From Vicugna vicugna (taxonomy: Eukaryota), in NCBI GenBank assembly GCA_013265495.1, contig MU061892.1, positions 1,095,165 to 1,159,164 of the forward strand: a stretch of DNA of 64,000 nt, given 5' to 3'. Under the pieces are notes generated by a model. That model did no database searches and was not told the origin of the DNA. It saw only the letters and a list, made by a program, of their open reading frames with translations. Positions 53,591-64,000 of this stretch are shown piece by piece. The number at the start of each line of letters is the position of its first letter. Positions within the stretch are counted from its first letter, which is position 1. A program made the position numbers and the translations under genes.

Positions 53591-54076
53591 GGGCGTTACG
53601 TACTGAACTAGGGAATTCAGGATTCTATTTCTTCCTCGAGGGCAGTGGAGGTGAGAAAGGGCTTTCTCCCTGGGCGAACTGGATGAGCGGTATTCCTCAC
53701 ATGAGTCTCTAAGGGCTGTGTACGTGGTCTGAACATTGTGAACACCCTTTGGATGTTCTGCTATCACCACACCTCACATTCTCACATAGCCTTCCTTCTA
53801 CAAAAATGTAAACTTCAAACACTTGGAATAAGTCTGGAATAAGTCTGCCCTGCAAGTGTGCTGAGTTTGAGAACCGCCGTGGCAAGAGGAAGCCCCGGGA
53901 GCACTGTAGGCAAGAAGATGTCGTGATCTGATTTAATAATTTCTACTCCCTCTCCTCATTTCTCAGATGTTTTATCATGAAAAAACATCTGTTCACAGAA
54001 GGACACACAGCAATACCTACTCCAGCACTGCCCAGAATGCTCAGCTGGAGCAGTCAAACGGCTTTTACAGTTTATT

Positions 54077-54602
54077 CAACCTAAATGTCTATCGACAAAT
54101 GATTGGATAAAGAAGTTGTGGTGTATATATACAATAGAATACTACTCAGCCATAAACATATAAAATAATGCCATTTTCAGCAACATGGATGGGCCTAGAG
54201 ATTATCATTACTAAGTGAACTAAGTCAGACAGAGATAAATACCATGTATCACTTATATGTGGAATCCAAAAAAAATGACAGAGATGAACATCTTTACAAA
54301 ACAGAAACAGACTCACAGACATAGAAAACAAACTTACGGTTACCAAAGGGGAAAAGGGAGGGGAGGGATAAATTGGAAGTTTGGGATTAGCAGATACAAA
54401 CTACTGTATACAGAATAGATAAACAAGAAGGTCTTACTATATAGCACAGGGAACTATAGTCAATAGCTTGCAATAGCCTATACTGAAAAAGAATATGAAA
54501 AGAATATATATATACACACACATATATGTATAACTGAATCACTATGCTGTACACCAGAAACAACAACATTGTAAATCAACTGTACGTCAATAAAAAAGGT
54601 TC
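54077..54602 (+). mobile_element. 5'-truncated young L1 3' end with perfect 12-bp TSD
   Basis: CAACCTAAATGTCTATCGACAAATGATTGGATAAAGAAG...CAACATTGTAAATCAACTGTACGTCAATAAAAAA; TTACAGTTTATT at 54065-54076 and 54603-54614. Confidence 0.92.
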
Positions 54603-55383
54603 TTACAGTTTATTAATTTGCATTTGCTTTACCTAAAAAGTTCATTCATATTGTCTTAAATGGTTTGCAGAAATCTTCTGAAAAAAATATCCTTGAAGTC
54701 TCATAAATTCTTAAAATCTGTCAGACTTGGGAGTGGCAAAAAGGGAAAAACTAGGCCAACATACATGGTACATTCCCAACTGGACTTAAATAGCAATAAG
54801 AGAAATTTTTCATTTTACAAAGAAATTTATTAAATAAGTTCTTGAGTAGCAAGTTATCCTCAAGCAACATGGTTAATTGATGTTAACAACTTTAGCTAAT
54901 AGACTGCTCAGAAACGTATTTCTCTTTTGTGTAGTGAAGCTCACAGGTTATTTAGAACCAGATAAATAAAAAACAATAAAGCTAAAAAATAACAAAAATG
55001 TAGCCTTGGGACTTAAGTTGGGCAGGAACCCTTCCTTTGGCATGGAGACTAGGTGTCTGGAAAAGAACTTTATTACATGACACAGTTGATGCCAAAGGTA
55101 TCAAATAGCAAAGTGGTGCTGGTATTTGGCAAATTAATTATTGACAACATTCTGGTTTTAAATTCGAAGCATTAGAAAGTTAATGGAGTTTCTTTGTAGC
55201 AGCGGACAGCCCATCAACAGCGTTCTACCACCTAGAATCATGTCCTTGGGGCAGTGTTTAAGTATGCTGTGGAACACTCGTGCTCTGAGACAGAAGCAAC
55301 ACCTCCTCCTCCATGAAGAGCAGAAGGGAGCCTGTAGGACAGATACTACCTGGCCATTCATTGATTGGTAAGTAAAGACAATT

Positions 55384-55668
55384 TCTTTTTTTTTTGATTT
55401 AATTTAATTTTACTTTTTATTGAAGTATAGTTGATTTGCAATGTTAGTTTCAGGTGTACAGCAAAGTGATTCAGTTATACATATATATATATATNNNNNN
55501 NNNNNATTCTTTTCCAGCTTATTATAAGAAATTGAATACAGTTCCCTGTGCTATACAGTAGGTCCTTGTTGTTTATCTATTTTTTATATATAGTGCTGTG
55601 TATCTGTTAATCCCAGACCCCCCTTTCCCCTTTGGTAACCACAGTTTGTTTTCTATGCCCATGAGTAG
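55384..55668 (-). mobile_element. Young L1 3' end with small gap (55495-55505) at its (TA)n tract
   Basis: TTTTATTGAAGTATAGTTGATTTGCAATGTTAG...GTTCCCTGTGCTATACAGTAGGTCC...CCCCTTTGGTAACCAC. Confidence 0.88.
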
Positions 55669-56599
55669 CAAAAGCCATTGCTAAACGGAGGTCAGTTCCA
55701 CTGAAGCAAGCGGAAGCCCTGCCTGCATGAACGACAGCACCACCTAGTGGGCAAACAGTCACACAACAGTAGATGTCTACTGGTTTGCTTTCCACGTCCG
55801 AATTTTCAACTCCTTTTTTAAGACTTAGGTGTCCATTGTGAATGCATCATTCTCTTCATAGACAGCTTAACCAGATAGCCTTCGACTGAGCCTCAACTCC
55901 ATGTTTTGGAGTGGTTTGCTGTCTGATGACGGCCAATACTTATTGAGTTCTTATTATAACCAAGCGTCACGCTAAGATCTTTCCTCAGGATTTCTGTGTT
56001 CCCTGCACAAGGATGTTTGAATGAAGGGACCAGGGGACCAAAACTCACCTTCATCTTTACTCATTAATACTGGTGCCCTGGAGGAGGATTTTACCTACCT
56101 AAAGAGAGAGTTGTAATTTCCTAGATTGCACGAAGGTGCTGTGAGATGCAGTCCTGGTCCTGTATATGCATTAACTCCCATTTAAACCTCACAACATTCC
56201 TGCAAAGTAAGTATTATACTACCATGGTGATGTTCCAAGGAAGAAGTAGGGCTTAGGGGGTTAAGTTAAGTTTGCATGGCTAGTAGGGGCAGAGCTTGGA
56301 TTTTTACACAGTCTTGCCCATATGCTGGAGGCCTCTCAGAAGTGTGAGTGTGAGTGTGTGTGTGCACAGGTGCTTACATGTAGAATCACTGCCCTCCCCA
56401 TTCCCATACTGGAGCGAGAGATGTTGTGCAGCAGTGTCTTTCCACTACAGAGAAGCCCCTGCTCAATTGGCCCAAAGCAGAGGCAAGCTCAGAGCTGCCC
56501 CTGTGCCTGGCAAGTGGGACTGTAACGGTTGCTTTTTTAATGACTCAAGCATCTGAACAAGTAGCCAAACCACAGACACCAATATGGACCCACGGGTTG

Positions 56600-57000
56600 C
56601 CATGCACCTCAAGACTTCACCTGCTACCTCAGTCTGTTTGCTGTCTGATCAGGTTATGCATGTTTTTTCCTCTGTGTCCTGTTCACACTGTCACCTGTCT
56701 CACACCGCATTGCCACTCCCCATTTCTGCCTGTAGAGGTCCTTCTGCTCCTCTAAGACCCAGCTTAAATCTTCCTTCTCCATCTCTAAGAAGTTCTTCCA
56801 ATCCTATCAGAGCCCATCTCTTTTTCTCCTTTATTTCTCCTTTATTTATTATGGTGTTTTTTTGTTTGTTTGTTCGCCTCGAACTGTAATCATGTATGTA
56901 CATTTCTTACATCAGGTTTTTATTTGTAACCTTTGAGGACATGCGGTGTACCACATGGGATTTGCACAACGTTGCATTCAATAAATGTGAATTGAATTGA
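56600..57000 (+). mobile_element. L2 3' fragment
   Basis: Ends ...TTGCATTCAATAAATGTGAATTGAATTGA. Confidence 0.55.
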
Positions 57001-58399
57001 AGGCCTGGGAACCTAAACAACAGAAAGAGAGACCTGCAGCTTCACCATATGTTTAAGGTCCTCACCTAAACTGAACATCTAAGTAGGAATTTCAGAATAC
57101 ACGGAAAGACAAGCTGGAAGTCTTAAGGCAAATTTGCAATGCATTCTAAAACATAATAGATTTGTTTTTAATAAAGAACTAGTAAATAATTTAATTAGTG
57201 TGATTTGCCATAATTAACTCAGCTCTCAAGAGCCGAATGAGTTATAGATTTGCAAACCCCTTGGTACTAGGCAGGTTGGAAACTAGTTCTCAGTTATTTT
57301 TAAACTCTCATTTTGGACTATGATTATCTATTAGATTCTCAGGCTGAAGTTAGGCAGAAATTAAGTAGAAGGGAAAAAAACAGAAAGGTCACTCAGGATA
57401 TTTCTGAGAATATTTATGGCGAATTTATTTTTCATTGACATGAATTGGTGACAAAAAAAGATTTCAGAGAACCTAACTGTTATAACCTCTGTGGTGAATA
57501 TACAGCAATGCAGAAATTTAACACCAGATATTCATTTAAAAAATAAATCTAAGATCCTTGTTCTTCAATCTTAACCAAGAAGATATTTTCATCTAAGATT
57601 TTCTTCAGTTAAGCTTTGAAATTATCAAGGAAAACATGCTGTTACTATGAAATCAATGTATTCCAATATAATTGGTAAAATAAATATGACCCACATTTTT
57701 CTGTATTGGATAACACCTACTATAAATACTGTTACTTGATTCTTAACCTTTGGCATATAAAATATCTTACATATAAATTGTGTTATTATAGATTTAGATT
57801 AATTAAGAAAAACAAAACTGGATATTTCAGACAGGAAGTAGGAGAAATAAGACTTCATAAGTTTCCAGAAAGCAAGGATTCAGTTGCCTGACTGTCTACA
57901 AGAGGGAGGGTAGATTATAGCACAGAAAATTCTTAGCACGCACACACACATTTCACTGAGAAAGAAAAAGGGTGAGGCATTGAACGAAATTATTGTGGTT
58001 CACAGCAGTCTCTCGCATTAGCTCAGATGCTAAAAGAGTGTATATAAAAGATGGCAAAGATTCCTATAATATGGATAAATATAAAGACTGGGTGGTGGTT
58101 CCTGTGTCTGGGTCTTTCTCACCATGCTGTACTTGCAATAGTCTAGTTAATACACTTCCTGGCTCAGAGCAGGTCCTGCACAATCATTTTGAGTGAATCA
58201 ATGTACAGTCAACAGCAACATTAAAATTCATATGGAAAATGAAGGTGTTAGATCTTGACCTTAGAAACTGCTGACATGTATAACAAGTCAGCATAAATTC
58301 AGATGAGATTTGATACTCACCTATATGAAAAAAAAAAGCTGCTAGAGGATTAATTCAGCCAATAAATGACTTGGGTAACTATGACATACGGATTAGCAG

Positions 58400-58905
58400 T
58401 GATGGAGTTCAGGGCAGGAAGCCCCCAAATGTGCCACTTTGGCATATTGATTATTTTGAATTAAAGTTACATACGAACCAGCTGGTGCAAGAAGGACACG
58501 CTGACCCTTCTGTGCTCTCCTGAAAGCAGGAAATGAATCTCCCACGTGAAAGGCGCCCTCCCTCTACCAGGAGGCGGAGAGACATCCTTATCACCAGAGA
58601 TGTGAAGTTCAGGGCCAAAAAAGCTGTAATCAAAACAAAACTTGTTACTTCTTTATCCATTTACTACACCAAGTCCAAACCTCTTCGTTTTGTCAATTCT
58701 TCACAAATTTATTATTTCTTTGTCCAAAAGGTGTAAAAGCTGCCTGCTTTGGTTACTTCTTTGGGCCTCGTATTTCTACAACCTCCTGTACATACGAAAT
58801 TAAATTTGTTTTTCTTCCCCTTCTGTTAATCCGCCTTGGTTCAATTTAATCATTAGACCAGCCAAAACAATCGAGAGGCTAGAGAAATTGTTCTCATCTT
58901 TGACA
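58400..58905 (+). mobile_element. ERV1-class solo LTR (MER34/MER39-like)
   Basis: Starts TGATGGAGTTCAGG, ends TGACA; internal GGCATATTGATTATTTT, GGCGCCCTCCCT, CATCCTTATC, TTAATCCGCC motifs; 4-bp flanks GCAG/GTAG. Confidence 0.8.
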
Positions 58906-60289
58906 GTAGAGAATATATATATTTACTGTAGAGCTAATAATAAACGAGATGTAGAAATTAGGGTTATAGAACAGAATGTTTATGTTATATGCCCTGACAA
59001 CATATATATGAGACAATTAACATAAATTTGGGACAGAAAGGAAAAGAAGGTAAGTGGTATTGATTGCTGCATCTGGTGTAGCTGAGGGTAAAGTGACCAA
59101 AAGCAAATCTGACATGTTAGATAACGGAAGTATAAAAATGTTTAACACATGAAGGTGGGCACTAAGAAAAGTAGTATTTTTTACTAAAATTGGGTGGGAG
59201 AGGGAATGTGGAGGAAGCAAGGAAAAAGGAAAAGGGAACATGATAATTTAATCAATTTTACTAGTGGGAAACCAACAGGTACTGTCTAGGAAAATTGGAA
59301 ACCAAGAGAGTTTTACAATATTGTGGATATAAAGTTAGCCTTGAAACAAAAAATAAAGTCGTTCTAAATGTCTGAAGAACTACATAAAAAATAAAAACGG
59401 ACTAACTAGGAAAAGGTACTTTTAAAAACTACAAAACCCAGAGCAACCATATCTGTCATATTAATAAATGAAAATGAGCTCGCTGTTGATTAAGGGAAAG
59501 GATCAATTTGACATATTTATGGTGGATTCTTACCTTTATTTCCATATTTTTCTCCCTTGTGTGTCTTAAATAGAGCCCAAGGGAGCTGGGAGTTAATAGA
59601 GAAGGATGTAAATCCAATAAAGTCTTCAAGACTGAAATAGAAAAATAAAATAAGTCTTGTGGAGGAAAATGAGACTGGAAGTACTTAAGTACATTATAAA
59701 CTGCCTGTTACTGGATAAGAAATGAATCCATTCTTCAAGGAAAAAATACTGATACAAGGTCTTTTGAACAAAAGTAGGTTAAAGAACTAACTGCCCAGCT
59801 GTAAGAATGAATTGGTAGAGTAAATAGAGATTACTAAAAATAAAGGCATAAAAAATAGTGCAGCCTCAAACCGAAGATGAAAATACGCTTGTGAAAAACA
59901 GAGAATAACTAATGCTCAAGCTCGTGAATACTTCTTAGAGCCTGGTTGACTGTTTTCCTTCTGTGATCTTTCAGTCTGAAATTCTGAAGGTAAAAACAAA
60001 ATATTGGGGTTTTAAAAAAAAGTTTTATGGTTCTCAAATCCAAGTTTCTTCCATCGCTTGTAATCGCTGATGATTCCCTCATTGCCTTAACAATCTATCA
60101 ACTGCTTTAGGTTTACTTGCAATCAGTACCACTTAGGTACACCTACTTTATGGCTGTCTCTGCAGAAAATGCCATGGGAAAGTAGAATAAGTAAAAATCA
60201 TGTTTTCATGCTCTCAGAATTAGCAAGGGGAAGCAGAAATCAAACTATTTCTTGTTTGAAATAAGAAATGGGTGAACCTTAGTTAGTGG

Positions 60290-60625
60290 TGGACAATCCG
60301 GATGTCCTTTGACAGGTAAATGGTTAAACAAACAGTGGTATATCTGTAACATGGAATATTACTCAGCAGTATAAAGGAATGAACTGATACATCCAACATT
60401 CTAGATGAATCTTCAGAGAGTTCTGCTGAGTGAGGAAAAAGTGAATCCCAAATGGTGCATACTGTATTTATTCATTTATAGAACATTCTCGAAATGGAGA
60501 ACAGGTTAATATTTGCCAGGGGCAAAAGGGGGAGTGAATGTGATGGAAGTAGGGGTTGCTATAAAAAGGCAACATGAGAGATCCTTATGGCAGTGGAAGT
60601 TTTCTGTATATTGACTGTATAAATG
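60290..60625 (+). mobile_element. L1MB/MC 3' UTR fragment
   Basis: GGTTAAACAAACAGTGGTATATC...ATGGAATATTACTCAGCAGTATAAAGGAATGAACTG. Confidence 0.8.
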
Positions 60626-63539
60626 TTAATATCCCTTCAAAAATTAAAAACCAATGCTGGCTAAGTCAAAACTGTTAAGGCTTTCTTTGTATAAATGTAA
60701 TGAATTGCTCCCAATCTCACTTGACCTTCACTAACCACAGCACATTTTCACCTGCTGTGCTATCGGAGGCTCTCAAAAATTTGTTTTAGTAGGAAATTAA
60801 AAATAATTTTATTTCTTAAAAATATAACTTGAAACAAGTATCATTACAACTTATATTGACCTGAATGCCCTGTAACAACGTCTGCAACAGTTAAGGGTTC
60901 TTGAACCACCTTCAGGAAATAATGACCTAGTCCAACCATTGTGAGCTTTACAGATGGAGATAGTGGTCAGGATCCAGAGAAGCTGAAGGACCCTCCCAAG
61001 CCATAGGGCTGGTAAACAGTGGAGCTCATATTCCTGCTTAGAGTTCTTTTCAGTACGTAATTCTTTTGGGTAGATACCACAAGGGTGGGTATAGGTATTA
61101 GAAGAAGTAATGTGTAAATTTCCGTCGGATTGGGAAGTGGGCAGGGCTGAAGAAGTAAAGATATATACGCCGACTTGATTCATCCAAATTAAGAATAGTG
61201 GGGGAGAAATTTCTTGGTATCTCCCTTGTATTGTGTCCTCCGCAGAACTAACAGCTAGTTGACTGAAGAACTCTTTAGGGCCAGTCTGCTCAAATCATAA
61301 TCTGTCAAAGTGGAGTGGTTCAAGCCTCATACCTGCTGGAGAAGCGAGGACATCGAAAGCCAGTTTCTGACTATATCGGGCTTTCCTTGCTCATTCCTAG
61401 AATACCCTCCCCTCCAAATGAAGGATGGGCAAGACGCCATCACGTGACTGCTGACGTGCGTATTTTACCAGCAGCCCTCTGTGAAAGGGACAGTCTGGGA
61501 TTGTGAGGATGGTGAGATGGGCTGAAGAAAAATGCTACTGTCTACCACTTAAGTGGACAGTCCCTTAAGGTCTATGGCAATGGTTTAAGCTTTCAGCATG
61601 GTCAACAAGGATTTAATTATACCCCATGATAACACACTTTTTCTTAGAGAAAAGCATAATAATAGCAATCACTGCTTACTCCTAATTTCTAATTATCCTA
61701 GTTACTCATAGTAAGGCATGTCCTTCACACTCTAGTTCTTGTCTGCATCCTCTTGCTTGTAATTTACCAGAGAAATCAATCATACTTAATATGCTTGCCT
61801 CTCAGTTTCCTCAAGAGTCTCCCCACCATGTTCCCTACAACCATCTCAGCCACACTGTGCTTGTAGGATATTATGTCAATTCCACTTAGCTTCCCTTTAC
61901 CACCTTGTTTACTGGCCTCGCGCTACTGTGGGTGCTGATTCCACATCTTGTTCAACTGGCTTTTTAATGACGGTGTCCACCTTGCTTCAGCCTGTTCCTT
62001 TTCCCTGCTACCCTCCTTCCGCCAGGCATTGCCAGTGAAATACTGACTCCCCGTCTCCTTCCTTCTTTTACTGCCCCTTAAGTCGGTCTCATACGTCCTC
62101 CAACTATTAAAGATGCATGTGATAATGTTTTAATGTCATATAAGGTCACATAATCAAGGCCCCCTTATTCTGCTAATTACTGTTGTTAGCAATGACTTTT
62201 TAAATGGCAGGTTGGTTCTTTTAGGGTCTTAGCTATCCCTGGGCTAGATTTTTTTTCCTGCTGTCTACACGTATCTGAGGTATTTGAGATCAAACTCTTT
62301 TGTGTTGTACTGTTTATTAGGTTTCCTACCAAATGAATTTGCCATAACACCTAAAAGAAAGAAAGTTCTTCATCCCCTCAATGGTATAAGGTTGCCAATA
62401 TCATCATTAATATTATTTCTCTATCACCACCTCCTGGCAAACTGCCTGCATGGTTTACGAAGTCATCTTAACTGGCTTTCTATGGAAAACGAAGGCAATT
62501 TTAGATACTTTATAATATCTTTATATTAAAGGATTATGTTGTAATGGGGAAAGGACAAGTTGCCTGAGTGTATGATAAGATCCCTGAGACTTTTTTTTTA
62601 CTACATTACGTATTATTACATATTATGTATTTTATAATATTGCAAATAAAATTCTTGAACTTTTCTCAAGAACTATCAGGAATGAAAGCTATGCTGATCC
62701 TGAAATTCAGATTGAAGGTTTCCATGATTAAAGTATTTACTCAGCTTTTCAGAGCACCTGGATTCATAACCAGGACCCCAACAGAATATTTAAAGGAAGG
62801 TTTGAAATTTATACATTAAAAGATATTTTAAAAATTCCACTGTGATTACTTTATAATATCTTCCGTAGTTTTAATCAGAATTTTTGGAGGCCCCTGTCAA
62901 TTTTTCTTTATCTTTTGTCATCACTGCAGTAGTTCATGTCCATTCCCCCTTCTGTCAGTCCCTAGCATCTTTAAATTTATTCTTTCATTATTCTCTGTTA
63001 TTACTCTCCAACAGTCTTGCCCAGGGCTACCAGTAAAACGTGACTTTTTTCCAGTTTGCTTTCCTCTGTGGGACTCTTTGGAGTAAGTGGGCTTTGCTGT
63101 ATTTGAGGGCGAGAGGAAAAAGCAGCTGGAACCACCTGGCAGTCTTTTGTTTTGTGAATATTTAAAAAAAAAATCCCCCTCTGGCCCAATGGTTTTGGTC
63201 CTGAAATTTACCAAGGACCTTAGGCTCCCATGCGTCTTAATACAGTGAACCACATTCTTTGGGAAAATGACACGTGGAGTGTCTGTTTGGTACTGGTAGC
63301 TGCTGTAGCCCAAAGAGCTTTGCTTTGCTTTGCGTGAGGGTGTTAAACATTGGGTCCTATGACTTTAAATATTCCTTTTTGTTAAACTCTCATTTGTTTG
63401 GTTTTGCTATCTTATTCTTTAGTCTGTAATTTGGCTAATATTTATTTGTTGATGCTAAACTTCTGAAACTCATTTTTTTTCCTTTAAAAACATTCTTCAG
63501 TATGAATTTTCACTTGCCGTGTTGCTAAAGCCAGAACCC

Positions 63540-64000
63540 TAGGAGCCATTCTTTCATTTGGTCCTTTCCTTTACCTCTCACGTCCGATCTAGTAGTAGAG
63601 CTCTTCAGTTTCATTTTCAGATTTTACAATGCATTGGCCCTCTTCCACTCCCAGCAGGCTTGTTCAAGCCATTATCACTCTTGCTCAGACTACTGCAATC
63701 CTCTCCTAACCATTTCTTTGCTCTGCTCTTTCTCTGCTGCATCCCATCCCTCCACCAGTATCAACTGGAGTCGTCTTTTCAAAGTGTTGATCAGATCTCC
63801 TCACAGTTTAAATGTATTTAAACATTCCCATGGAACCATCTTTTCAACTCAGTCCCTGCCACCTGTTATTCACGCTTCTAACTCCAGTCATAACTCTGGG
63901 CAGGCACTTTTCCTCCTCATACTTTCGTGCCTACTGCTCCCTCTGCCTGGATGCTCTAGCTAGTTTCTGTGTGACTCGATCCTTCTCTTCCTTCCTGTCT
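63540..64000 (+). mobile_element. L2 fragment (runs off the right edge)
   Basis: CAAGCCATTATCACTCTTGCTCAGACTACTGCAATCCTCTCCTAAC...CTCCCTCTGCCTGGATGCTCT. Confidence 0.7.

Overview
Mammalian genomic DNA, most likely a camelid (inferred from four Vic-1-like tRNA-derived SINEs and artiodactyl-type L1 3' ends), from a gapped short-read-style assembly with N runs at about 1788-1942, 4113-4262 and 55495-55505. It holds two striated-muscle genes head-to-tail on the minus strand. The complete ASB15 coding sequence lies in nine GT-AG exons (36929 to 17022). Their lengths, 107+53+132+159+246+172+571+154+173 = 1767 nt, give an intact 588-aa ankyrin-repeat/SOCS-box protein. Coding exon 1 of LMOD2 (1681-1409) follows about 13 kb downstream, and the rest of LMOD2 lies off the left edge. 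The remainder is intron/intergenic DNA with L1, L2, L3/CR1, MIR, SINE, hAT and LTR remnants plus microsatellites; repeat family names come from recalled consensus sequences and their boundaries are approximate. I found no prokaryote-style or wholly new multi-gene system. The best leads are: (1) a Pro-to-Ser change in the ASB15 Cullin5-box (LSLP instead of LPxP); (2) an L2-derived site nearly complementary to miR-151/28/708 lying between two candidate ASB15 poly(A) signals; (3) a probable LF-SINE head upstream of the ASB15 start-codon exon; (4) a two-step tandem duplication that triples a steroid-receptor half site; (5) a MEF2/AP-1/TEAD/CRE motif cluster near the presumed ASB15 promoter.
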